NCBI RefSeq assembly: GCF_047602565.1
Contig: NZ_JASGGX010000001.1
Location: forward strand, 4,667,257-4,731,256
Reading direction: 5' to 3'
DNA length: 64,000 bases
DNA from: Propionivibrio sp.
GTDB taxonomy: Bacteria; Pseudomonadota; Gammaproteobacteria; Burkholderiales; Rhodocyclaceae
In this document: one piece after another, positions 28,573 through 37,776 of the stretch
Layout: every line of letters starts with the position of its first letter
How positions within the stretch are numbered: the first letter of the stretch is position 1
The notes under the pieces: generated by a model
What the model saw: the letters and a program-made list of their open reading frames with translations, nothing else
Told to the model about the DNA's origin: nothing
Databases searched by the model: none
Position numbers and translations under genes: made by a program

Positions 28573-30474
28573 TTATTGGCGCCCCACGGCCTGCACCGCC
28601 GGCGTGTCGAGCGTTCCCGAAACCAGCACCGGCATGCGCGTCTGATTCACGCTGCCCTTCATCTGCAGCTCCAGCTTGCCGGCTACCCGTCCCTTGCCGG
28701 CGACATCGACGTAACCGGTGGACTGCATCAATCCCGAAGCGATGTTCAGGTCGTAGAACTGGTTCTTTTCCCGAGCCAGCCGCATCCGGCCGGACATCTG
28801 TTCGAAGGCGGTCGTGCCGCCTTGCACGGGCGTTCCGGAGACCCGGCGCGCCGCTTCAGCGAGATCGATGCCGTAAAGACTGCCGCGCTGGATGCTGAAT
28901 TCGCCCTCTCCGTCGATCGCCGAGAAGATCGCCGGCCATGTTTCCGCTCTCGCCGTAAACCGCATCTTGCCGGCGATGCCGCCGGCCAGCCGCTTGCCGA
29001 TCCCCAGGACGTCTCCCAGCGCGGTCCCGCTGATCCGCTCGAAGGCGACGTTGCCGGAGAGGTTCGGCTTCGCGCCGCCAGCGCGAACGACGGCGTTGCC
29101 GCGGACAAGGCCATCGAGCGCGCGGATTTCCAGGCTGGAGATCGTCAGAGTGTCCTTTTCCAGCCGGCCCTTGAAGTTCAGCGAATCGGCACGGAACTTC
29201 GAGTCTGCGCCGGGACGCCAGTCGAAGCCCTCCACCGTCAGGTTGATTCCGCCGGCGGCCGGTTCGGCAACCAGGATCAGGCTTTTGTCCTCCGCGCGCA
29301 TCTCCAGGGCCTGCATGGCGCCTTTCCCGTCCAGCCGGATTTCCGCTTCCGCATCTTTCAAGGTCATGCCGCTGAACGAGACGTCGCTGTGTTCGAGCAG
29401 GATATAAGCGATCTTCGGGGATTTTTCAGGGTCGGAAAGCGAAGCGAAAATGGCCGGCATGCCCGCGATGCGTTCGAGCCGCAGTTGCGCGCCGCTGACG
29501 ACGACCTTGCGCAAGCTCTGCCGTTCCGAGAACAGGCTGGCCAGATCGGGCTGCAGGCGAATTTCGCGCACCGAGATCGCCTCATCGCCTTGTCCGAGCC
29601 GGACTCCGTCCAGAACCAGCGCGGGTGCGGGGGAGAGGTCGACGCGCAGTTCCTGGATGCCGACCGGGCGACCGATGGCCGAGGAGACGGCCGTCTCGAC
29701 GCGCGGCACGAAAATGCTGAAAGGAAACAGCCGTATCCCCGCGTAACCTAAAACGAGCACTCCCGCCAGGCCGAAAAACACCCACGCCAGCCAACCCGCG
29801 CCTCCGCCCGACCTGCGCCGGACGGGTTTCAGCTTTACCGGCTCGTCCTCGATCAGGCGATCCGCGCCGGCCCACATGGACTTGAATTGCGCGACGAAGG
29901 AGGGCTTGGCGGCCGGAGGATCGTCCTTCCTCGCGGCGCGCCGGCGCTTGTCGGCGTTTTGCCTTACCTCGTCCCCCGGGATGGACTGTTTGAGCGTACC
30001 GAGGCCGGGCGGCAGCGAAAAGCGGGAGGTTGAGAATTCCGCTGCGTCCTTGGCATCGAATATCGAGTGCAAGGAAATCGGCATGTCCGAGGCCTGATTC
30101 TTCGCGTCGTCGGACGGGCGCGAGGGCACGCTCTGCTGGAAATCCGGATATTCTCCGCGGCTTTCCCTGGCCGCTGAAAACTGGGTGACCTTTTCCACCG
30201 CGGCGGAGCGGATTTCCTGCGCCACCCGCTTGCTTTCCTCCCACAGCGAATCGTGCTGTTCCACCTTCAGCTCGATGAATCCGCCTTTCTCCAGTTCGGC
30301 CAGGGCGTTCTCGGTCAGTTGGAGATTTCCGGTCTTGCGGGCCAGGTCGGCCACCGAGGACTGTCCGTCGACCAAAATGAGCACCATGCGGATGTTGCGC
30401 TGGATGACGCGGGTGCGCTGCTGAATCGCGTTTTCGCCCGCGGCGGTTTTTACGTAGATGAGATTCGGGTCCAT
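28573..30474 (-). CDS. AsmA-like protein with N-terminal wHTH-like extension
   Basis: TM segment followed by AsmA-like beta region; GSLYGIDL and GGTTAF C-terminal motifs. Confidence 0.75.
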   Translation of the reverse strand: MDPNLIYVKTAAGENAIQQRTRVIQRNIRMVLILVDGQSSVADLARKTGNLQLTENALAELEKGGFIELKVEQHDSLWEESKRVAQEIRSAAVEKVTQFSAARESRGEYPDFQQSVPSRPSDDAKNQASDMPISLHSIFDAKDAAEFSTSRFSLPPGLGTLKQSIPGDEVRQNADKRRRAARKDDPPAAKPSFVAQFKSMWAGADRLIEDEPVKLKPVRRRSGGGAGWLAWVFFGLAGVLVLGYAGIRLFPFSIFVPRVETAVSSAIGRPVGIQELRVDLSPAPALVLDGVRLGQGDEAISVREIRLQPDLASLFSERQSLRKVVVSGAQLRLERIAGMPAIFASLSDPEKSPKIAYILLEHSDVSFSGMTLKDAEAEIRLDGKGAMQALEMRAEDKSLILVAEPAAGGINLTVEGFDWRPGADSKFRADSLNFKGRLEKDTLTISSLEIRALDGLVRGNAVVRAGGAKPNLSGNVAFERISGTALGDVLGIGKRLAGGIAGKMRFTARAETWPAIFSAIDGEGEFSIQRGSLYGIDLAEAARRVSGTPVQGGTTAFEQMSGRMRLAREKNQFYDLNIASGLMQSTGYVDVAGKGRVAGKLELQMKGSVNQTRMPVLVSGTLDTPAVQAVGRQ

Positions 30475-30490
30475 TTTGTTGGCAAAAACG

Positions 30491-30519
30491 TTGACGGGAT
30501 AGGCCTCAGTGTCTAAAAT
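30491..30519 (+). promoter_or_regulatory. Sigma70 promoter of tRNA-Asn
   Basis: TTGACG, 17 bp, TAAAAT, GC-rich discriminator. Confidence 0.75.
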
Positions 30520-30533
30520 GCGCGCTTCGCTGT

Positions 30534-30609
30534 TCCCCGATAGCTCAGTCGGTAGAGCGCCGGACTGTTAATCCGTAGGTCCCTGGTTCGAGCCCAGGTC
30601 GGGGAGCCA
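30534..30609 (+). tRNA. tRNA-Asn (GTT)
   Basis: 76-nt cloverleaf: TCCCCGA acceptor stem, D arm, CTGTTAA anticodon loop, GTTCGAG T loop, 3' CCA. Confidence 0.98.
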
Positions 30610-32154
30610 ACACTCCTTACTATGAACCACCGAGAAGCCTCTCTGGTTCACTAATTTTTCCCTGAAGTACTCAACGTGCACACTCGTGTCGTTGAGTACG
30701 ATTTTCTCGATGAACTGGGAGAAAAAGGATCGTAGTTTGGCTGGATCGTCCGACGAAATCACCAGGTTACGAAAAAAGGAAGACGCCTCGGCAATCTGTG
30801 CCTCGTCGATTTCAATCTCAGGAATCACTTCTTCCTCCAACTTCGTCAGGCTTTTTTCCGCCATTTCGATCTGTTTTTTTAATTGACGCAGACGATCGGT
30901 AAGGTCACCCAGGTTTGGCGCGGCCTTTCCATGCAGCTCCAGCGTCTCGAACAAATTGTTGCGGCGTCGCTCAGCATCCCGAATTTCTGACACCAAGGCA
31001 TCTCGCCGTCGTTCGCGCTCAATATACCATTCACCTCGAAGTTCATAGATTTCTTTGATGATTTCTGCAAGTCTATCGGGCGTCAAAACCTTGTCCAAGA
31101 TCGCGGAAATCATCCAGTCGTCGAAGGCCTGGGCGGGAATTCTGCGATTTTTACATCCCACCCCTTTGAGAGCCGACCGGCAGTTGTAATAGCGATAGAC
31201 CCCACTTCTTCCGGTCGCGCTTTCAGTCTGCATCGCCGCCCCACAAGAACCGCAACGGAGCAGCCCGCTAAAAACGAAGCGGCTATGAGGAGATCCTCCT
31301 CCTTCACGGGGCGCTCGATTTGCCATGAGCTTCTGGACGGTCATAAAAACCTCCTCCGTAACAATTTCAGGATGGCTTTTTGTCATTACCCATTCCGGTC
31401 TGGGGCGGGTCAATCGATCCACGTGAGACACGCGGTTGAAGACCAAGAAGCCGGCATAAACAGGGCTTTTCAGAAGTAATCCAAGCGTGTTTTTATTCCA
31501 GCGAACCCCCCGTTTCAGGCGACCTTCGGCATTGAATCGCAACGACAGTTCTTTGCAGCCAGCACCAGCCAGGTAGGAATTGAATATCTCGCGCACCAGT
31601 GGGGCCTCGTTCTCGTCGATGGCCAGCCGCTTCCTCTTCCCGTCGGTCACCGTCTTGTATCCGAACGGTATACGGCCACCATTGAAGAATCCATCCTGCG
31701 CGTTTTTCATCATGCTGCGCCGCGTGTCTTTCGAAATTACCCGGCTGTAGTGCTCATCGACAATTTCAAAAAACGACTCAAGCAACCATCCTTCGTCTGT
31801 CTGCGCATCAATGTCTCCTGAGACATAAACGACATTGGTTCCACCGAGCCGAAGCTGCTTTTTATAGTTCGCGGCGTCGATCTTATTCCGTGCGAAACGC
31901 GATGTATTCCATACGATAAAAAAATTGACTTTGTAATGTTCGCAAAAGGCAATTGCCTCTTGAAACGATGTCCGGTGAGAGGTTCTTCCTGAAACCCCCT
32001 CGTCCTTGAAAATACGAAGAACAGTGGCGCCGAGCTGCTCAGCTTTTTTCTCCGCCTGTTCGATCTGGCTTTCGATAGGCAGCCCTTCGTCGGCTTGTTT
32101 TTCCGTCGATACCCGTACGTAGATAATCGCTGTTGTTTTTTTCCCCATCGTCAC
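30568..32154 (-). CDS. Large serine recombinase (prophage integrase)
   Basis: YVRVST catalytic Ser, SRFARN, recombinase domain (PFGY), Zn ribbon LLRCGSC...YNC...C, coiled coil. The C-terminus overlaps the tRNA. Confidence 0.93.
   Translation of the reverse strand: MTMGKKTTAIIYVRVSTEKQADEGLPIESQIEQAEKKAEQLGATVLRIFKDEGVSGRTSHRTSFQEAIAFCEHYKVNFFIVWNTSRFARNKIDAANYKKQLRLGGTNVVYVSGDIDAQTDEGWLLESFFEIVDEHYSRVISKDTRRSMMKNAQDGFFNGGRIPFGYKTVTDGKRKRLAIDENEAPLVREIFNSYLAGAGCKELSLRFNAEGRLKRGVRWNKNTLGLLLKSPVYAGFLVFNRVSHVDRLTRPRPEWVMTKSHPEIVTEEVFMTVQKLMANRAPREGGGSPHSRFVFSGLLRCGSCGAAMQTESATGRSGVYRYYNCRSALKGVGCKNRRIPAQAFDDWMISAILDKVLTPDRLAEIIKEIYELRGEWYIERERRRDALVSEIRDAERRRNNLFETLELHGKAAPNLGDLTDRLRQLKKQIEMAEKSLTKLEEEVIPEIEIDEAQIAEASSFFRNLVISSDDPAKLRSFFSQFIEKIVLNDTSVHVEYFREKLVNQRGFSVVHSKECWLPDLGSNQGPTD
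30623..30659 (+). terminator. Candidate hairpin terminator downstream of the tRNA (inside the integrase, antisense)
   Basis: TGAACCA..GAGA-AGCC-TCTC-TGGTTCA stem-loop followed by ctaattttt. Confidence 0.4.
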
Positions 32155-32642
32155 AGTCTATCCCCGTCAGCGATCCGCGAAATGTGACGCAGGCTCACGG
32201 ATTCACGAAGTTGCCGGTTCAGATGCCACTGAATTTCGAGGGGCCTGAGCCCCTTTCTGGCCAGCGCCTCGATATAGCGGTTTCGCTGGAAGCGTAGATA
32301 CGAGCGGTACAACTTCAAATTGAGCTGCAGGCGGCCTTCCTTATGGTGTGACGCCGGCTCGGCGTCGAGAATGCGCCACATGGTCAGAAAGGCGTCAACG
32401 CCGATTGCTTCGGCCACCTCCAGCCACACGCGCTGAATGCCCATTCGCGCCAACTCGTCGAGGCGCGGATCGGCATTTTTTTTTGCTTCGGGCGGGCGCG
32501 CCGAAAATTTCAGTACCGTGCATGTCTCCTGGTACCCACCCCCCGGGGGGGATGGCGGGGGGCAGGCCTGCCGAGCCCCCACCCCTTCCTCGAAGAGGGA
32601 GAACTGTGCGTTTTCCTCGATTGAGCTTCGTTTTTCGTTCAT
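32151..32642 (-). CDS. Phage hypothetical protein, possible Mor/C-like DNA-binding regulator
   Basis: EVAEAIG..FL..W and RNRYI...EI...SLRHISRI resemble the Mor-family layout; stop overlaps the integrase GTG. Confidence 0.5.
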   Translation of the reverse strand: MNEKRSSIEENAQFSLFEEGVGARQACPPPSPPGGGYQETCTVLKFSARPPEAKKNADPRLDELARMGIQRVWLEVAEAIGVDAFLTMWRILDAEPASHHKEGRLQLNLKLYRSYLRFQRNRYIEALARKGLRPLEIQWHLNRQLRESVSLRHISRIADGDRL

Positions 32643-32893
32643 CTGTTCCCCCTGTGAATGCCGGTGGTTGCGTGCCTCTACTTCGTTTTATGGCAAAAAG
32701 CGCAGTTGTGGGCGCCTATCGATTTAGCCCGATCTTGATAAGAGTTTGCTTATGTAGTGCGACCATACGCCGCCGCCTCATACCACAAGGGATTCATCCC
32801 TATCCTTTCTCCACATCTACCCCCTACACAGTGCGTTGTGGGCGGCAATGAGAACCCGGGCGCGGGCATGGCTGGATCCTCCAGGAAGTGGCG

Positions 32894-33880
32894 CTACTTG
32901 TTCAGGCGGGAAAGCAGCTCGCTGACCGGGGTCCTGATCTTGGCCAGCGGGCCGCCTCGATCGAGGTCCTCGAGCTTCTTGCGGGTGGCGAGGTGCGTGT
33001 AGATCTTGGTGTGCTTGACGTCCTCGTGGCCCATGAGGTCCTGGCGCACGAGCAGGTCGACGTCGGACTCGGCTAACTCGGTGCCGAAAAGGTGGCGCAT
33101 GGCGTGCGGGTGCAACTGCTCGACGGGGACGCCGGCCGCCTTACCGTATTGGCGGATCATGTCGCGGATCGATCGGGGGTGCATGCGGCGGGCCTCGCCG
33201 ATGTACTCGTGCGGCGGGATTGATCGGTTGCCGGTCGAGACGAACAAGACCTGGTCGCCGTCGGGCAGGGTGCGGTCGATGTCCTTGAGCTCGGGGTGCT
33301 CGAGGTAGAGGCGCAGGACCATCTCGGCTTCACGCGGCACGGGCACCAGGCGTTCCTTGTCGCCCTTTTCGCGGGTCTTGATGACCATGCGCACCTGGCC
33401 CTGGTGCTCGACGCCGGCGAGATTACGCTGGTTGAGCCCGGTCAGGCCGCTGATGCGCAGGCCGCAGCCGATCAGCACCGAGAGGATCGCGGCGTCGCGC
33501 ACGCCGCGGAAGGTGTTGAAATCCGGCGCCCACATCAGGCGCTCGGCGTTGGTCAGGCTGAGCACGCGCGGCAGTTTCCGGCCGGTCTTCGGGTAGGAGA
33601 GGCCGGCGGCGGGGTTGTCGCGGGCGCGTTTGGTGTGGCGCGCCCACTTGAAGAATTCGCGCACCGCGGCGATGTACGGCCGGCGCGCGACGGCCATGAC
33701 GCCTTGCTTGTGCAGCCAGGGGCCGCAGAACATCTCGAGCTCGTCGGGCTGGGCGGAGAGCAGATCGCGGCCATCGAGGAAGAGCTGCAGGCGGCGCAGC
33801 GCGTCGCCGTAGGCCGCCGCGGTGCGGGCGCCGCGGCCCTGGTTGCGCTGCTTGAAGGTCAGGAAGTCCTCGATGATCAC
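32894..33880 (-). CDS. Tyrosine recombinase (XerC/D-like, full length)
   Basis: GLRISGL (R), HPHAMRH (HxxR), GHEDVKHTKIY (H, Y); GTG start coupled to the upstream stop. Confidence 0.93.
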   Translation of the reverse strand: MIIEDFLTFKQRNQGRGARTAAAYGDALRRLQLFLDGRDLLSAQPDELEMFCGPWLHKQGVMAVARRPYIAAVREFFKWARHTKRARDNPAAGLSYPKTGRKLPRVLSLTNAERLMWAPDFNTFRGVRDAAILSVLIGCGLRISGLTGLNQRNLAGVEHQGQVRMVIKTREKGDKERLVPVPREAEMVLRLYLEHPELKDIDRTLPDGDQVLFVSTGNRSIPPHEYIGEARRMHPRSIRDMIRQYGKAAGVPVEQLHPHAMRHLFGTELAESDVDLLVRQDLMGHEDVKHTKIYTHLATRKKLEDLDRGGPLAKIRTPVSELLSRLNK

Positions 33881-34095
33881 AGCCACCACCGCCTCCCTTC
33901 GCCGCCGCAGTACTCGCATGGGGTGGAAAAATCTGTCAGCGGGTCGCCGCCGCTGCCGTCACAGCAAGGGCAGATATCGTCCTCGTCGAGGAGCGCAGCG
34001 AGGTCGAGTTCGAGGTCCTCAGGTAAACCACACGCAGAACAAGGGGTGGACGCGTGGATGGGGGTGTCCATTGCGCTTATCTCCATGATTTGCAA
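33877..34095 (-). CDS. Small Cys-rich zinc-finger-like protein
   Basis: CSAC, CPCCDGSG, CEYCGGEG (DnaJ-type CxxCxGxG repeats). Confidence 0.6.
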   Translation of the reverse strand: MQIMEISAMDTPIHASTPCSACGLPEDLELDLAALLDEDDICPCCDGSGGDPLTDFSTPCEYCGGEGRRWWL

Positions 34096-34105
34096 TCAGA
34101 AAACG

Positions 34106-34408
34106 TTCCACGTGTATCCACGGAAAAGGGGTGGAACGGGTGAATAACACGTGGATTAAAAAATAGGCACTCTGGAAAACACGTGGATGCCCGTCTCTCT
34201 TCTCCCTGCTCTTCTCTTCTTCTTTTCTTCTTTAAATAGAGAGAGATAGAGAGAAAAAGACACGGACGGCCGAAAAACCGACATGTGGAAAAAACGGGAA
34301 AACATGTGGAATATGCGCTGCGACAGGTGGAAAATTGCATGCAACCTGTGGGGCCATAGTTGTACACAATCAAGGACTTAGGCGAGGCTGACCAGGAAAT
34401 CCACGTGT
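34106..34408. repeat. Putative phage replication origin with iterons ACA(C/T/G)GTGGA
   Basis: Copies at 34106 (rev), 34146, 34178, 34281, 34301, 34323 and 34400 (rev) flank an AT-rich pyrimidine/purine tract, immediately downstream of the primase. Confidence 0.65.
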
Positions 34409-34528
34409 CAGGTGTACACCGCCCGGCAACCTTTTGGCGAAAACGCCCTGGCCGCCCCCCGCCTTTCTTTGAAGAGCCCGAAGGGCTTAGGGGCGGCAGC
34501 TGACACTCTTGGGGGGTGCGGGGGGCGT

Positions 34529-37276
34529 TCATGCGGGAGCGAGGTCCGTTTCGAACAGGGCGTTGGGCGCCGCGTAGAGGCTGTAGTCGGCCAGCCTGGC
34601 CAGGCTGATCGCGGCCATGTGCGCGACGCGGCGCATACCGATGGTGCGCTCGACGCTGTCGTTGATGATCACCTCGGCGTCCAGCAATTGGCGCTTGAAG
34701 ACGCGGTCGCTCTTGATCGGCAGGGCGTTCCAGGCCTCGCGCAGGGCCGGCGTGCTGGACAGGTGGTGCATGATGTCGCTGGTGCGGATGATCAGGCATT
34801 CTTGGTCCGCCACCAGGCCCCACTGATACGGCGCCTTAAAGTTGCTGGTGGCCAGCTCGTTCAGCAGGGTCTCCATGATCCACACCCACGGCTCGCGGTC
34901 GGCGCTCGTCTCGTTGATGTGGGCGTTCATGCCGGCGACCAGGTCGGTCGGGAAGTTGCCCTGCTTGACGTCGATGTCCGCGAACTCGCACAACAGACGC
35001 CAAGCGGTGAGCAAGGCGGCGTAGTTGCCGGCCATGCGCGTGGCGCCCTCATCAGCCTCGGTGGCGCGGCTCATGCGCAGGCACTGGGCGCGAAAAGCGC
35101 TGTAGATCCCGCGGACCTGCGCCGGCGAGAAGCCGGTGAGGAATTCGAGCCACTCGCGGACCGGGAAGCGCGGCAGATCCTCCGGCATCAGCGGCCCCTT
35201 GACCTTGAGCTCAGTGCGCACCAGCTTGCCGATAATGTCGCGCATGGGGACGTCCTCGCCGGCGAGCAGCACGGGAGCGGACAACAGGAACTCGGTCATT
35301 TCCGAGCCGCGGCGATTGACGGTGTACTGGTAATTCTCCTGCAGCAACGCGGTTGCCTTATTCAGGATTTCCTGGCGTCGCGCCGATATTTCTTCCCAGC
35401 CGATCGGATGCGAGGTATGCGATATCGATGTCAGCAGCCGGAATTCCGTCTGCAGTGACTGTCCAGAGAACATGGTGAAGCCGATGCTGCGTTCGAGGCG
35501 CTTGATCAGGGTCGACTTGCCCATGCCCTTCTTCGCCTGCATCTGCATGTGGGGCCAGAAACCGAGCAAAACCTTCAAATGCCCGCCAAGGCCCCAAACG
35601 AGCGCCAGAAGCGCGGCGGACCGCTCAAATGTATGTTGGTATGCCTCGATGACTTTTCTCGCGTCCTGGCGCGATCCTGAGGGGAAGGTCAGATTGTGGT
35701 ACGGGCACTGCTGGTCCGGGTTGGTGAAGTAGCAGTCGGGGCCTTCGTTGACGATCAGGCGGCCCTCGCGCCAGCACAGCCCGACGAAGTTGGCGGCGTG
35801 CCGCGCGCCGAGGTGGGCGGCGTTCTCGAGGATGTTGATCATGCGCAGGAACTGCGCCTGGTTCCAGACCGGGCCGAAGCGCTTCCAGGTGTCGATGTTG
35901 TGCAGCTTGTCGTCGTCGACCACCTTGCGCAGCAGCTGCGCGCCGTGGCGGGTGGTCTGCACGCTGACGGCGAACATGGTGTGCGCCTGGCTGTCCTCGT
36001 CGCCGGACATGGTCGCGGTGGCGCTGGCGATGGTGACGCGCGAGATCGAGGCGACGCGGAAACCGGCCAGTTCGGTGTATTCCATCTGCACTTCGCCTTC
36101 GGCGCCCGACTCGACCTTGGCCACGTAGGAAGTAAACTCCGGCCGCACGCGGTAGCGCCAGTACTTGAGATCGTGGTGGTACGGCAGGTAGATGCGGCGC
36201 TTGACGGCGCGATCGAAGAGCTCGCCGTCGCGGCTGGCCGGCATGCCGGGGATCAGCCAGGGTTCGAGCTTGACCATGTGGCGCTTGAGCACGTCGGCCC
36301 CCTCCTTCTTGAGGATGTCGTTGACGTCGTTGTATTGCCACTCTTCCTGATCGACCAGGAGCGCGGAGATGTCCATCGCGGTCAGGCGTTCGTGCAGCTG
36401 CCACGCGGCCTTGAGCCCGGGCCGGAAGCCGGCCTGCGCGTGGCCCTCGGGGAAGGGCTCGTCGTTGTCCATGACGATGATCATCTGCTTGCCGCGCGCC
36501 CAGGAGAAATCGATGTTGCCGGCGTTGCCGGTGCCGCGGATGGCGAAGGCCGCCGAGTCATACAGGTGGCAGCACTCGATCGAGAGGGCGTTGATCGGGG
36601 ACTCCACCAGGTAGATCGTTTTGGCGGCAAGCAGCCGCTTGATGTCGCTGGTCCAGCCGTAGCCCTGTTTCTCGCCCTGGCACTGGGTCTTGGTGCCGCC
36701 ATTGATCGCGGGATTCAGGTAGCGCATGTCGACGGCAACGACGTGGCCGGGGTTCAGGGTCTTGACGACGAAGGCCACCGCGGGGCCGCCGTGGCCGTGC
36801 TCGCCGGCCGGCACCTTGGGGCTGACGTAGTCGTTGTAGCCGACGGCGCCCTTCTCGATGGCGCGGCGCGCGACGTCCTCGTGGATGCCGCGCTCGCCGG
36901 CGAGATAGTCGATGGCCTTGAGGCGCTCGGCCATGCAGCGGTCGGCAATGAACTCGGCGCGGGACTTCTCGCGCTGCTCGCGCGGCGCCGGCGTGTCGAA
37001 CGGGATGCCGTAGAGCTCGTGCAGACGCTTGATCGCGGCCGAGGTGTCGCAGCCCTCGACGTACATCACCAGATCGATGCAGGTGCCGCCGCGGGCGGCC
37101 GAGTGATCCTTCCAGCCCTGGCTGCCTTTGCGCGTGAAGACGGAGAGCGACGGGGATTTGTCGTCGTGCGCCGGCGAGTGGTAGTTCGCCAGCTTGCCGA
37201 CGCCGCGCTTCAGGCCGAGCTTCTCGGCCAGGTCGTGCAGGTCGATGCGGGATTTGAGGTCGTCGATTGAGGCCAT
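34529..37276 (-). CDS. Phage DNA primase-helicase (CHC2-like, TOPRIM and C-terminal ATPase domains)
   Basis: SPAHDDKSPS, LVESPINALS, VMDND, Walker A KKGMGKST. Confidence 0.87.
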   Translation of the reverse strand: MASIDDLKSRIDLHDLAEKLGLKRGVGKLANYHSPAHDDKSPSLSVFTRKGSQGWKDHSAARGGTCIDLVMYVEGCDTSAAIKRLHELYGIPFDTPAPREQREKSRAEFIADRCMAERLKAIDYLAGERGIHEDVARRAIEKGAVGYNDYVSPKVPAGEHGHGGPAVAFVVKTLNPGHVVAVDMRYLNPAINGGTKTQCQGEKQGYGWTSDIKRLLAAKTIYLVESPINALSIECCHLYDSAAFAIRGTGNAGNIDFSWARGKQMIIVMDNDEPFPEGHAQAGFRPGLKAAWQLHERLTAMDISALLVDQEEWQYNDVNDILKKEGADVLKRHMVKLEPWLIPGMPASRDGELFDRAVKRRIYLPYHHDLKYWRYRVRPEFTSYVAKVESGAEGEVQMEYTELAGFRVASISRVTIASATATMSGDEDSQAHTMFAVSVQTTRHGAQLLRKVVDDDKLHNIDTWKRFGPVWNQAQFLRMINILENAAHLGARHAANFVGLCWREGRLIVNEGPDCYFTNPDQQCPYHNLTFPSGSRQDARKVIEAYQHTFERSAALLALVWGLGGHLKVLLGFWPHMQMQAKKGMGKSTLIKRLERSIGFTMFSGQSLQTEFRLLTSISHTSHPIGWEEISARRQEILNKATALLQENYQYTVNRRGSEMTEFLLSAPVLLAGEDVPMRDIIGKLVRTELKVKGPLMPEDLPRFPVREWLEFLTGFSPAQVRGIYSAFRAQCLRMSRATEADEGATRMAGNYAALLTAWRLLCEFADIDVKQGNFPTDLVAGMNAHINETSADREPWVWIMETLLNELATSNFKAPYQWGLVADQECLIIRTSDIMHHLSSTPALREAWNALPIKSDRVFKRQLLDAEVIINDSVERTIGMRRVAHMAAISLARLADYSLYAAPNALFETDLAPA

Positions 37277-37291
37277 GAGGCATCCACAGTT

Positions 37292-37519
37292 CTAATTACA
37301 GGAGTTGCGGAGGGTCTTGAGTTCTCTCAGTGCCCCGAGAACATCGCCAGGGTGTCCGAGCTCGGCGAGGAGGGAACGGGTCCGGTCCTCGCGTCGAGCG
37401 GCACGAGCGGCGGCAGCGTCGGACCGCTTCTTCTCCGCGCACGGATAGGAACGACCGTCCGCCAGCCAAGGATCGTCGCCGCAATAATTCAGGCAATCGC
37501 AGGGTTCGGGCATGATCAA
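37292..37519 (-). CDS. Phage hypothetical protein
   Basis: Start overlaps the upstream stop (ATGA); CDCLNYCGDDPW motif. Confidence 0.6.
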   Translation of the reverse strand: MIMPEPCDCLNYCGDDPWLADGRSYPCAEKKRSDAAAARAARREDRTRSLLAELGHPGDVLGALRELKTLRNSCN

Positions 37520-37776
37520 TCCCTCTTTTCGCCTTTCTCTCGATCAGTCCATTCCAACCCGGCCCAGATCAAGGACGAGACAAAAACGATCGCGATCGCG
37601 TAGAACGGCCAAAATTTGTAGGTTCCATCCGTCCATAGCGCGTCCCACCAGTGCCCGTATGTCAGCCACTTTCCGGACGCGACCATCCAGGCGAGATCGA
37701 GGCAGCGCAACAGCCAGGGCCAAAAAATGAAGAACACAAGAACGACAGCGAAGATGGTCCGAGCCACTGTTTTCAT
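37516..37776 (-). CDS. Small membrane protein
   Basis: Two hydrophobic segments; translationally coupled. Confidence 0.6.
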   Translation of the reverse strand: MKTVARTIFAVVLVFFIFWPWLLRCLDLAWMVASGKWLTYGHWWDALWTDGTYKFWPFYAIAIVFVSSLIWAGLEWTDREKGEKRD

